Shown in pieces: positions 30,135 to 40,941 of a stretch of DNA of 54,200 bases. Both the position numbers and the translations under genes were made by a program. The DNA is from an uncultured Chlorobiaceae bacterium (GTDB lineage Bacteria > Bacteroidota > Chlorobiia > Chlorobiales > Chlorobiaceae). Location of the stretch: NCBI GenBank assembly GCA_903942355.1, contig CAJAOR010000058.1, positions 1-54,200 on the forward strand, written 5' to 3'. The first letter of the stretch is position 1. Each line of letters opens with the position of its first letter. The notes under the pieces are model-generated. The model was not told where the DNA came from. It saw only the letters and a program-made list of their open reading frames with translations, and did no database searches.

Positions 30135-30610
30135 CAACTTTGCAATTTCGAAACAAGGTAGTGTGTTGTAATCATAAGAAGAAATTTTAAGTTTTACATG
30201 TGATTGATGCCAAAGTAATTTCCAATATATTAATTCATAGGAATTCCCTGTAGTTTCCGTGACCAAGTCACAATGTAGCAATAGAATACTCATGGCCGTA
30301 TTTATTGAGGTACGAGCGTGGAGCTTATATTGTTTATGTTCAGAATTGAAATACTGCAGTCTACGATTTTATCACCTCATTCCACTAAATTTGCAGAGAA
30401 AGGAAAAGGTAAAGCGTGAGTTTTGATTAGGCATACATTATGATTTAGTCTCTTCAATTCTCTGCCATTCTGGATGAATGGTAAGTATTGAGAACAGGTA
30501 AGTACCTGATTTAATGAATTAAAAATAAAACATTTATAAAAATAAACAAGATTTTAATTGAATCCCCAACACCGTTGATCAATTCTATTACGAGAAAGAT
30601 TCGAGATTAA

Positions 30611-31189
30611 ATGTTTCAAAAATCAACTGAAGATCCGAATGTGCTCTTTGATGATAATGATAAATTATTTAAGTCACTTGTTGTTAATGTAGGTGTTTAT
30701 GGGGAATATGGTTGTGGAAAATCAACATCTTTTGTTTTAAACAATACTAATGCAGTGGTGCTTTCAGTTGATAGCTCGAGAGAATGGGTTAAACATATTA
30801 AGGCATCTGCAAATGGTAATCCGCATCTCGATCTCGTTTGGGTTGATTTAGGTGAAGTTGGAGATTGGGGTAGGCCACTTAGCTATAAACTGCGTGACAA
30901 AATCCCTGATTATATAAAATCAATTTGGAATAGGGTGCAGAAACCAGAGCTGGTGCTAATTGATGGAAGATTTCGTGTAGCTTGTTTTTTATATTCACTT
31001 TTGCACGCAAAATCTGGAAGCATTATTGTTTTTGATGATTATATCAATCGTCCAAAATATCATATAGTAGAAGAATTTGTTTCACGGCAACATACTTGCG
31101 GTAGGCAGGGGGTTTTTATAGTTCCAAATGATATTGATAGAGATATAGTAGAATATGAGTTGGCTAAATTTATATACGTGATGGATTGA
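30611..31189 (+). CDS. Putative SAM-dependent (polysaccharide O-)methyltransferase
   Basis: EYGCGKST glycine loop, SVDSSREW, LVLIDGRFRVAC and IVFDDY. Confidence 0.6.
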   Translation: MFQKSTEDPNVLFDDNDKLFKSLVVNVGVYGEYGCGKSTSFVLNNTNAVVLSVDSSREWVKHIKASANGNPHLDLVWVDLGEVGDWGRPLSYKLRDKIPDYIKSIWNRVQKPELVLIDGRFRVACFLYSLLHAKSGSIIVFDDYINRPKYHIVEEFVSRQHTCGRQGVFIVPNDIDRDIVEYELAKFIYVMD

Positions 31190-31216
31190 TTTTGCTTACA
31201 GCATAGCATTGATCTT

Positions 31217-31296
31217 TAAGCTCCCCACAAGAAATAATTCCGTAGTATAAGGGTTAGACAGTAAACAGATACACCTGCCCCTGTAAATCATGAGGT
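31217..31296 (+). mobile_element. IS630 left-end remnant
   Basis: taagc..acaagaaataattccgtagtataaggg..gcccctgtaaatcATGAgGTT aligns with the left end and start codon of the intact IS630 at 46104-46020. Confidence 0.75.
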
Positions 31297-31362
31297 TTTG
31301 GTTCAGCGTGAATAGGAGTGTTCAGTTTTATGAGTTAGTGTACAACAACGGAGGAATTCACT

Positions 31363-31635
31363 ATGCTCAAACAACGAAAAAATTACCCAGCTCAGGAAAA
31401 AGTATTCATTCTAAAACGGCATCTGTCTGACAGGATACCAGTCTCTGATCTGTGCGATCAATACGATCTGCAACCGACTGTATTCTACCGTTGGCAGAAG
31501 GATTTTTTCGAGAACGGAGCCGTGGCTTTCGAAAAAAAAGATGCCAGTAAGAATAAAGCGGAGCAGAAACGAATTGAGCAGTTCCAGCATTATGCTGTAT
31601 TTGCGGGTAAGGATAAGGTATTCTATATATCTTGA
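31363..31635 (+). pseudogene. IS3-family transposase OrfA fragment
   Basis: RKNYPAQEKV.IL...VSDLCDQYDLQPTVFYRWQK HTH; GGAGG RBS; no OrfB follows. Confidence 0.75.
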
Positions 31636-31705
31636 TGTTATAAATTCAATTGTTGTAAGTAAAGTGATTTCAAAAAGTAAATAGGCTTTTACGCTTAAAA
31701 TAATA

Positions 31706-32683
31706 TTGGTGAAAATAATGCCTTATTTCTCCGTAGTTATACCTGTGTACAATAAAGGTCCACATATTCAACGGTCAATCAATTCAGTATTAGGACAAAC
31801 ATTTAAAGATTTTGAACTGATTCTGGTAAACGATGCTTCCACAGATAACAGTTTGGAAGAAATTAAACATTACAACGATAATCGGATTCGCACTCTATCC
31901 CGCGTACAACCAGGACCAGGTGGTTATGCTGCAAGAAATCTTGGTATAAACGAATCCCAGGCGGAGTGGGTGGCTTTTCTTGATGCGGATGATGAATGGT
32001 ATCCAGACCACTTAGAGAAGATGTATTTACTCAGCAATCAGTTCCCGTACGTGTGTTTTATGGGCTGTGGTTGGGAGAATAGATATGGTAATTGGTCAAA
32101 AAAAGCGGAGTATTACCAAAAAAACCATGTCAGAAAAGCCCATTTAATCGATATTGCTGCATACCTTAACAACGTACTTATAAATCAAAGTCCAGTGTGC
32201 ACAAGTGTTGCCTGTGTAAGAAAATCATGTACCATAATATTTGAATTATTTCCCGCAAATCAACGTGCTAAAAGAGGTGGCGACCTTCATGCTTGGTTAA
32301 AAATTATGTGTTGCCATAAGCAAATGGCTTGGAGTGGTCATGTCGGCGCAATCTATCATAGAGATAGTGTAAATATGGTAACAAGAACGGCCCCTTATTC
32401 ATATACTCTTTTAAGTAAAGACATATATAAAGAGTTGTCATCCAGTTTGAGCCTTTATGAAAAAATCTTATTAAAAAAATATTTTAATAAGCGTTTAGGA
32501 AATGTGATGAAAGGCAATATCAATGCAAAATATTCGAAGATAATTCTATGGGATAAGTTGTACTGGAGGGGCGATTTCATTATGACCTTCTATTTAGTGC
32601 TGATTTCCCTTATTCCCAGGCCTATATTGAAAGCAATTGTAGTTTTAAGAGGCATGGTTATAAAGATCAAATTATCAATTTAA
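31706..32683 (+). CDS. Glycosyltransferase family 2
   Basis: FSVVIPVYNK, VNDASTD, AARNLG and FLDADD. Confidence 0.9.
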   Translation: MVKIMPYFSVVIPVYNKGPHIQRSINSVLGQTFKDFELILVNDASTDNSLEEIKHYNDNRIRTLSRVQPGPGGYAARNLGINESQAEWVAFLDADDEWYPDHLEKMYLLSNQFPYVCFMGCGWENRYGNWSKKAEYYQKNHVRKAHLIDIAAYLNNVLINQSPVCTSVACVRKSCTIIFELFPANQRAKRGGDLHAWLKIMCCHKQMAWSGHVGAIYHRDSVNMVTRTAPYSYTLLSKDIYKELSSSLSLYEKILLKKYFNKRLGNVMKGNINAKYSKIILWDKLYWRGDFIMTFYLVLISLIPRPILKAIVVLRGMVIKIKLSI

Positions 32684-32724
32684 TCTGCCAATAACTGGTG
32701 TTTTATGCATGTAGATCCTGCGAA

Positions 32725-33170
32725 TATGCGATCAATAAAAAATCATCCCATAATAAGTCTCGAAACCGCCAAAAATTTTTTTAATTTTTTCTTAAGGTTT
32801 TGGAGAGTCCTCGTTTTGAATTCCATCAATTTGTGCTTCACCATATTCCAAAGCTTTTAAATCCGATTGAGTTCTGGACTGAAAGGCGGAAGGGAATGGA
32901 GTTTCCGCCCCTTTTGTACCAGAACCTTCAAGGGGGTTGAACTGCTTTGCCTTTGTAAAATGATGCAATGACCTAAATAACAATCAAAGTCTAAAGTGAT
33001 TTAACCTCTTTCGGCTTGTTCTCTAATCTCATCGATTTCAATTTTTGATGGTATATACCAGACTTTATTACGTATTTTTAAGTTGCAGAGTCAATGATTC
33101 CCCATAAAACAGGCATCTTCAATGCATTGCAAACTGTACAAACACATACTTATCCATTGTACAGGAGAAA
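32725..33170 (-). mobile_element. Degenerate IS630 copy (internal deletion, stops); may extend to about 33245
   Basis: Minus strand reads roughly ASFYK..AVQP.LKVLVQKG...LPPFSPELNRI*KLW.MVKHKLMEFKTR, matching the IS630 at 45038-45290; 32990-33160 aligns with about 45520-45690. Confidence 0.75.
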
Positions 33171-33297
33171 ATTATATCAGGAGGAATTGCTAAAAAAATT
33201 GCAACTTAATTTATTGTATTTGGAATAAGTATTTAATACACTGAACCCCATTCGCAATATTTTGAGTGCTTCAAAATACTATAACTTGTAAAGAATA

Positions 33298-34422
33298 ATG
33301 GCAATTAATAAGAAAGTCTTATCAAAAAGAGTAATATTCAGTGGATAGTATGGAATGGATAATGTCGGAGATGATTGTTTTGGTGTTGTATCAACATGGG
33401 GAGCAAAAAAATATTGGAATACTAAAGAGGTGACTCTACTCTCATCTAAGGAAGTTGGCGGTCCAATTAAGACTAATGCATGTCTAAGTAATAAACAGTA
33501 TTTCAGAGGACAGTATAAACTCCAATCATATTTGGAAATGATCAAATCTGAAAGTATTGTTATGAGTGGAGGATCAATATTTCATTCTAAGAGATCATTC
33601 TTTGATCCAGGGAGGCTTTCATACCTAGTATCAAAACTCAGAATCAAGTATGTTGGAGCAATAGGTGTATCTATAGGTCCGTATAGAAGTATAAATGATC
33701 AAAAATCTGTTCATACATATCTTCGTAGATTACGTTTTCTGACATTACGTGACAAGACAAGTTATGATGAAGCATGTTCGATAAATTTGCCTTACAAACC
33801 GATATTAGCTGCAGATCTTGCAATGCTTCTGCCAATAATGATTCCAAAATTCAAATCATTTGAATCTGATTCAAAAGTCTTAGGGATTTCATTATGTCAT
33901 TATGAAAGGTATATTAATAAGGAAATAAGGAATGAAAAGCGGAGAGAAAGTGTAATAATTGATTCACTGTTATCATTAATTCGAGATGGATTTAATGGTG
34001 TATTTCGCTTTTTTATTTTTAATTCAAATGCTACTTATGGCGATCAAGATATTACTCATGAATTTCTTATCAAATTAAAAGATAAAGGTTCAAGAGTTGA
34101 GCTGGTATTATATTCGATAAATCCTGTTGATATCTGGATAAAAGTTGCTGAATGTACGGCTATGGTTTCCATTCGACTTCATGGCGCAATTTATGCGGCA
34201 GCGGCAAATATCCCTTGCTGCCTGATAGAATACCATAGAAAATGTAATGATTTTATATCTGATATAGGTGTAGATCAAAAGTGTATTGTTGGTGATGCTT
34301 GTTGCTCTTCAAATGAATTAGCTGACAAATTAAGCAATCTGCTTTCAAGATCTCAAGAAAACTTCTATCCTAAAAGAAAAAAATTAATAGAAATGGCGGA
34401 GTTAAATTTTGATTTATTTTAA
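33298..34422 (+). pseudogene. Polysaccharide pyruvyl transferase with an in-frame TAG near the N-terminus
   Basis: MAINKK..VIFSG*YGMDNVGDD: TAG at 33346-33348 sits inside the GYYG..N.GD motif; SGGSIF, LRD..S and IRLHGAI follow downstream. Confidence 0.75.
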
Positions 34423-34515
34423 TCAGATAAAGAAAGATTATTGTTATTCTTCAAAAAAAAATAATAAAAAAAAAGGTCAATGAGATGTTATGCGCCTTTG
34501 AAGTGAAAAAATTAA

Positions 34516-34845
34516 GGATTTCCTGCAATTTTAATCCCGTCGCCCAAAATCTGGGTTGAAACCATTGCTTCGTCATCATTTGTCGTCACAGACTCATTTC
34601 ACGCCACATGTTTTGCAATCATATTTAAAAATGATTTTATAGCCTTGCCAGCAAATCCACTACGTATTGGACGTCTTAAAAGCCTTTTGGAACAATTGGG
34701 AATAGTGGATCGCCTCTTCTCGTATGAGGCTGACATTTTGGCCAAGTTGCCGATGCTCGATAAAATAAATTATGAGGATGTGGGTGATAAGATCAAGAAA
34801 TTGCAAGAGTCATCTTCGACGTTTTTATACGACTCATTGTCATGA
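34516..34845 (+). pseudogene. C-terminal fragment of a second polysaccharide pyruvyl transferase
   Basis: FVVTDSFHATCFAIIFKNDF...RLKSLL motif with no N-terminal part or start. Confidence 0.7.
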
Positions 34846-34888
34846 TAATGCAATAACTAAACATTCCGCATAAATAAATATTATTTAA

Positions 34889-35845
34889 GTGATAAGTAGT
34901 TCATACAATATATCTGTCGTAATACCGTTGTATAACAAGGCACGCCATATAAAGCGAGCGATTGACTCCGTAATTGCACAGACATATAAAGATTATGAAA
35001 TTATTGTAATAGACGATGGCTCGACTGATGGAAGTGCTGATGTTGTGAAAAATATATCAGATAGTCGTATATGTCTGGTTTCTTAGGATAATGCAGGAGT
35101 TAGTGCGGCAAGAAATCGAGGAATTCAGGAAGCAAATAATGAACTTATTGCCTTTTTAGATGCTGATGATGAATGGTTACCTAACTTTCTTGAAACAGTT
35201 ATAGAACTCCAAAATAATTATCCTGAGGCGGGCATATATGCTACCGCATATCGTTATTGCAATGGAACAAAAATATGGCATCCGCCTTTTGAGCATTCAA
35301 CATCTCAACCTGATGGTTATTTGATAGATGATTATTTTAGGGTGCATATGCTATATTCACCTGTCTGGTCATCTGCTGTTATGATACCAAGATATATTTT
35401 TAAAAAAGTTGGTCTATTTTCCGTTGCTTTAACTCGTGGAGAGGACCTGCACATGTGGGCAAAGATTGCGCTTCGTTATCGTGTAGCCTTGTCTCCTGAA
35501 GATGGCGCGATATATCACCTTTCATCAGATAATCGTGCTTGTAATAGTTTAATTGAGGCGGAAGATGTCGCTATTGCATCGGCTATAGAAGAGTTCATGA
35601 AAACTGGTGATGTACCTGTTTCTTCCTGGAGCATGGCACAAGAGTGTTTAGCTTATAGACGATTGCAATTAGCTAAATATCATTTTTTAACAAATAATAA
35701 AAAATTAGCTTACAAATTGCTTCATAAAACAAATGAAATAAGGTTATATAGGAAGAAAAGAATTATTTTAAAGTTTGTATTCCTGTTTATCCCTATACCG
35801 TTTGTAAATATAATTGTGGCAATCAAAAGATGTGTAATAAAGTGA
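34889..35845 (+). pseudogene. Glycosyltransferase family 2 interrupted by an in-frame TAG
   Basis: SVVIPLYNK..IDDGSTDGS..LVS*DNAGVSAARNRG..FLDADD; TAG at 35084-35086 falls where Gln is usual; the frame continues to 35845. Confidence 0.85.
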
Positions 35846-35927
35846 GTTTAATGGCGAATATATAATGGGTGTTTAAATTGATTCAACACCATCAAGATAC
35901 AGAGATAGAAATCTTGTAAGAATAATT

Positions 35928-36179
35928 TTGGGAAAGACAGTAGTTTTCATGGCACAGTATCACGTTACGAAGTACACAGTCGGTCAAGTTGTCGAACAAC
36001 TTGCATATGAGGGCTTTAAAGTCAATAAAATATTCAGTAAACATATTTCGGGAAGTATGAAGGCCAATGTTATGCGACAGATATTTGCCAAGTTCATCTC
36101 TTTGGTCGCTTCACATCATCAACTTGAAGCTACTGTTTTATATCTTGCACAAGAACGAGGTGCTTCAATATATCCTTAA
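35928..36179 (+). pseudogene. Probable C-terminal fragment of a class I methyltransferase
   Basis: HVTKYT...LAYEGFKV pattern; no N-terminal SAM motif. Confidence 0.35.
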
Positions 36180-36644
36180 ATATTCTATTTAAAAGCACAC
36201 CTAAAAAGTAGTTTTTTTGATATATCTTTTGAACAGGCAATTTCTGCAAGTATTATTGATATTTATATTTGATCCACCCCCAGTTGTTCTTTCTCAACTT
36301 TTCTACAGTTTTGTGGTTTATTGAACACGACATCAAGTATCGGAGAATAGATTAACCAGTCGATATGCGCTTCAAGTTTGACGAGAGGATCTTTGAGATT
36401 TGTGAGTTATTCAAGCAGGAAATGCTTGTCAAATATGCCATTGTATTGATTATTTTTATGATAAAGGTCGATATAACAATTATTTCCATGAAAATACTAA
36501 ATATTGCCTTCGTTTCTACAAGCTAAATCATCACGAAATTATAAAGATATATCATCTGGGAATAAATATTGCTCCTTAATATGTATATATATTATCTAAC
36601 ACAAATGAATAGGAATATTATAATGTTAAACATATTGCAATTTA

Positions 36645-37779
36645 ATGTTTAAAATGCTTTTTACAGGAGATTACTCTCCATCCGGAAGGTATGAAACAAT
36701 AGTTATAAATAAATCGGCTACTATATTCGGTAAGCTTAAAGATGATATTCAAAATGCGGACATTTCATTTGTTAATTTAGAGTCCCTTTATGTTTTACAG
36801 ATATTGGTGTAGAAAAAAAAGTTCTTGTCTAAAAGCTCATCCAGATTGTGCAAATTCAATTATAGATGCAGGTTTTGACGTGGTAGGTTTAGCCAATAAT
36901 CACATTCTTGATTTTAGTGAACAGGGTCTTAAAGAAACTTTACAGGTTTTTAAACAAGCAGGTATCCTTACTTGTGGTGCAGGATCTAACCTATTTGAAG
37001 CCCAAAAGCCAATTTTGATAGAAAAACAGGGAATTAAAGTTGCATATATCGCCATTGCTGAGAAGGAATTTAGTATTGCTCGTTTCGATCGCGCAGGTGC
37101 AGCGCCTCTTGAAACAATGGATAATACCGTACAGATAGAAAACGCAAGCAGTATTGCGGATTTGGTTTTTGTCACCGTTCATGGTGGAAATGAATATTAT
37201 TCTTTTCCGCGACTAGGTTTACGTAAAATATGCAGGTATTTTATAGATCGTGGCGCAGATGGAGTTATCTGCCATCATCCACATGTGGCAGGAGCTTATG
37301 AGTTCTACCAAGACAAACCTATTGTCTATATTTTAGGTAATCTAATCTTTGATCATACAAAATCTCCGCCATGCTGGAATGAAGGTTATGCCTTACGAGT
37401 AGACTATGATATTGAAAAAATGCATCTAATGTCTTACGAAAATATTCCGTATACTCAGTCAGTTTAAAAGCTGGGGATAAATAAAATGCTCAGCTACGAT
37501 AAATCAATATTCTCAAACCGAATAGATCATCTTAATAAAGTTCTTTCCGATGATGTCGCATTCAAAAAATCTTGGGATGAATTTTGTGCGGATAAAGAAA
37601 AAGAGATATTATACAATCAGTTCTTTCCTTTCCAATTCAAGGGGATGTCGAGACTCGCTCAACTGATTCCTTGGCAAAAGGTTTTTATACAAAAGGCATC
37701 ACTCATTCAAAGATTGAACAGGATTCGTTGTGAGTCACACCGTGAGTTATTGTTAAATATATTGAAAAATAAATGTTAG
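36645..37779 (+). pseudogene. CapA/PGA_cap metallophosphoesterase-like protein, broken by two frameshifts and a stop
   Basis: MFKMLFTGD...FVNLES, two apparent 1-bp deletions at about 36785 and 36820, LANNHILDF, VHGGNE, CHHPHV, YILGNLIFD, then TAA at 37465-37467 with the frame continuing to RCESHRE. Confidence 0.8.
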
Positions 37780-38795
37780 CCATTCACCATCGATCAGGTA
37801 GTTTTAGTGACAAGTGGATTGAATATTGCATTCTAAACAAGGTGCCATATAAGCTTGTAGATTGTTATCGCTCTGACATTGTTGAGCAAATTAAAAATTG
37901 TGATGGGTTGATGTGGCATTGGGCACATTATGACCATAAAGCAGTCCTTTTTGCTCGGCAGCTTATTTACTCTCTTGAGAAAATGGGTAAAAAAGTTTTT
38001 CCCAATGCGCATACCTCTTGGCATTATGACGATAAAGTTGGCCAAAAGTACTTGTTGGAGGCTGTTGCCGCTCCATTGGTACCAAGCTATGTGTTTTATG
38101 ACAAGCGAGAAGCACTTGATTGGGCAAAAAAAACAACCTATCCGAAGGTATTCAAGTTGCGTGGGGGGGCCGGTTCCCAAAATGTTCAAATTGTATTAAA
38201 CCTTTTGGCTGCCAATAAGCTAATTAATAAGGCTTTTGGGGGTGGGTTTAATGCATTTAATAGGCGATACTTTTTGACGGAACGATTAGGGCAGTTTCGG
38301 CGTGATAAAACAGTTACTTCATTTTTTAATATCGGCAAAGGGCTTGGGCGTTTGTTTATTCCTACCAAGCAGGAAAAATATTTCTCTAGAGAGCGTAACT
38401 ACATCTATTTTCAAGAATTCATTCCGGAAAATAATTTCGATATCAGAATTAATGTCATTGGTAATCGTGCTTTTGGTTTTAAGCGAATGGTTCGGCAGGG
38501 TGATTTTCGTGCCTCTGGTAGCGGAAAGCTTATCCATGATCCGAATCAAATTCCGATCGATTGTTTGCAAATTGCTCTTGATCTTTCTGTACGTATTCAG
38601 TCTCAAAGTATTGCCTTTGATTTTGTTTTCAATTCAGGAAAGCCGTTATTAGTTGAAGTAAGCTATTGCTTTCCTCCTAGATTCTATTTACTATGTCCCG
38701 GCTATTGGAATGAAAGACTTGAATGGATAGGCGGTCCTTTTACACCAGAGTATTTCATCATCAAAGATTTTTTAATGCAGAGTGATACTATATAA
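37773..38795 (+). CDS. RimK-like ATP-grasp ligase
   Basis: DDKVGQKYLL, YPKVFKLRGGAGSQNV, YFQEFIP..DIRI, FRASGSG, AFDFV and LVEVS; start overlaps the capA-like stop. Confidence 0.82.
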   Translation: MLAIHHRSGSFSDKWIEYCILNKVPYKLVDCYRSDIVEQIKNCDGLMWHWAHYDHKAVLFARQLIYSLEKMGKKVFPNAHTSWHYDDKVGQKYLLEAVAAPLVPSYVFYDKREALDWAKKTTYPKVFKLRGGAGSQNVQIVLNLLAANKLINKAFGGGFNAFNRRYFLTERLGQFRRDKTVTSFFNIGKGLGRLFIPTKQEKYFSRERNYIYFQEFIPENNFDIRINVIGNRAFGFKRMVRQGDFRASGSGKLIHDPNQIPIDCLQIALDLSVRIQSQSIAFDFVFNSGKPLLVEVSYCFPPRFYLLCPGYWNERLEWIGGPFTPEYFIIKDFLMQSDTI

Positions 38796-38926
38796 AGAAT
38801 TGATTACACTGCTATTATAACGCAAAATAATTTTGCTAATTATTTGATTGACTACGTGCTCTTGTGTTTGCAGATATCTTCATTGCGGTCTTATTATAAA
38901 TATCCATGAACGTCTCCATATGAACT

Positions 38927-38990
38927 AATTCCGTAGTAAGGTTAGCCAGTAAACAGATTTGCATACCCCCTATAAATCATGAAGTTAAGG
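38927..38990 (+). mobile_element. IS630 left-end remnant
   Basis: aattccgtagtaaggttagccagtaaacag..cccctataaatcATGAAGTT matches 31236-31296 and the left end of the intact copy. Confidence 0.7.
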
Positions 38991-39019
38991 GCATCTCCGT
39001 TAATTTTGCTGTATACAAG

Positions 39020-39305
39020 ACACGTAGAAGATGATGGGTAGACCCCTCGCAATCGGCTTGCAGGAGCAGGTAAGCGGCGTTGATCAAAAGCCTTGTTCGT
39101 GAGCGGTACGGAATGGTATCCGAAAATGTGCCAGGTGTTAGCAATGGAAGACGAACACAAGTGAACTGGCGTTACGGTGTCGATAGTGCTAAAGGGTATA
39201 AAAACGTCGCAGTAATTATGACTCGGGATAAATCTGGAATAAACCTGCTTACTGACAAGGTTGAGTCCGGCAGCAATGGCAGCGTGATCCTAATTCATCG
39301 AACGC
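39020..39305 (+). mobile_element. Group II intron ribozyme fragment (domain I, resembling bacterial class D); no RT ORF
   Basis: GGGTAGACCCCTCGCAA.CGGCTTGCAGGAGCAGG.AAGCGGCG, GGAAGACGAAC.CAAGTGAAC, GTGTCGA, CGGGATAA.TCTGG..AAACCTG.TTACTG and GTCCGGCA..GGC.GCGTGA blocks in the order recalled for class D domain I. Confidence 0.72.
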
Positions 39306-39537
39306 TCTAAATTGTTTTTTTTTGTGCCGTTTCGTCTCGGATAAGAAGACCACAAATAAATGAATGGGTAAATGCTCTGTTAGGTTACTTTATCGCTTGA
39401 TCGTTGTGGCTTACTCAATGGTAACAATATTTAAAAAAAATTGATGGAGCGTAAAGCGGGTATCAAAGACTGGAGCAGTCAGCTCTCTATGGTACTCATT
39501 TATATTTCATGGATTAACCGCCAAGCTAAGAAGTATA

Positions 39538-40734
39538 ATGATTAATAATCGCTCAAAAATTGCCAGGTTTGCACTTTACCTCTTTATGTTTTCAATAAAC
39601 TTTGAGGTGTTTAATTTATTTGGCGACTCTGGAGCCCTTTCGGTAGGTCGATTGACTGGATTCATTTATATAGGGGCTTTTTATTATGCTAATTATAGGG
39701 TCAGTCTTTATCAATTGAATAATTTGTTTATTTCTCTAATAGCCTTTATTCTTTTAATACTTGTCACAAGTACGTTCCATATAAATTATCTCTCCGATCG
39801 AATTATTGATATCTCTTTGGTTCAAAATATTGTTCTTTTTTTTCTTCTTCTTAATCACGAAAAGTATGAGCCGGGAGTATTGAAAAAAAGTATTTACGCT
39901 TTTGCATTTGGCTCATCCCTTTTAGGGGTTTTCTATATTTATGGTATTGGTGTTGAGTACACTGGCGGTAGGTTATCATTATTCGAAGATAATGAGAACG
40001 CTATTGGTATACGAATGGCTATATCCTCTATATATCTGATTAATTCCTTTTTTGCTTTGTCGAAAAAATTTTACTTTAAAAAATCACTAATTGTTTTGCC
40101 AGTTCCTCTTTTAATAATTGTAATGATGGGAACAAGTTCCCGTGTAGCGTTTATATCGTTCTGTGTAATGTTGCTCGCTTTACTCGGATTCTATTTTTTG
40201 ATTCACCCCATAAAACGACTTTTTCCGATAGTTATGATTTCTGGTCTTGTTGCTTATTTTTTTATACCATTTATTCTGTCAAACGATTTGTTAATTAATC
40301 GCTTGTTGGCTTCTAAGAGTGGCGATTTAGCTGGTCGAGGCGATATTTGGCTTTCTTATATTCCATCTATCTGGAAAAGCCCAATTTTTGGGTATGGGTT
40401 TTCGGGATATGAAAAGATTTCTATGAATATATTTGGCCAATTAGTAAGTCCTCATAATGTTATTATTGAGGTTTTGCTTTATAGCGGTTTTGCTGGTTTT
40501 GCTTTTTATATGTGGTTTAATGCTCAAGTTATTTTCAGTGCTTTCCGAATGTATTCTATCAAAAAAGAATGTCTTGGGTTGGTGTTGCTTATACCTTATG
40601 CGGGAGGTGTATTAAGTGGCCAAGTTTTAGTAACAAAACTCATGTGGTTTATTTTGGCTTTCAATTGTATTTCTTTGCTGAACGAAAAGCAATTTGTACC
40701 CAATGTTGAAGAAAATATATCGCCCAAACATTGA
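39538..40734 (+). CDS. O-antigen ligase/polymerase family (Wzy-like) membrane protein
   Basis: About 11 TM segments, NENAIG, TSSRVAF, GR..IW, PIFGYG and SPHNVIIEVL. Confidence 0.82.
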   Translation: MINNRSKIARFALYLFMFSINFEVFNLFGDSGALSVGRLTGFIYIGAFYYANYRVSLYQLNNLFISLIAFILLILVTSTFHINYLSDRIIDISLVQNIVLFFLLLNHEKYEPGVLKKSIYAFAFGSSLLGVFYIYGIGVEYTGGRLSLFEDNENAIGIRMAISSIYLINSFFALSKKFYFKKSLIVLPVPLLIIVMMGTSSRVAFISFCVMLLALLGFYFLIHPIKRLFPIVMISGLVAYFFIPFILSNDLLINRLLASKSGDLAGRGDIWLSYIPSIWKSPIFGYGFSGYEKISMNIFGQLVSPHNVIIEVLLYSGFAGFAFYMWFNAQVIFSAFRMYSIKKECLGLVLLIPYAGGVLSGQVLVTKLMWFILAFNCISLLNEKQFVPNVEENISPKH

Positions 40735-40941
40735 TCGGCTAGGAACATAGAAGTTTTAAAAACGCTCTCTACGTAATAAACTAAGATCACGCATTCCTTT
40801 ATATGGATTCTGGACATCAAGTACAACAGGCTTTACATATATATCACCATTTTAAGCCGATATTTTCGGGTTTGTAGGAGCAAATATAGGCCTATATACT
40901 GTTTCTGCTACTTTGATTTCGATTTACTTATTAATCTTGCA

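Noticed and set aside
36645-37779. Poly-gamma-glutamate capsule operon
   Set aside because: No CapB/CapC homologues, and the capA-like gene is broken
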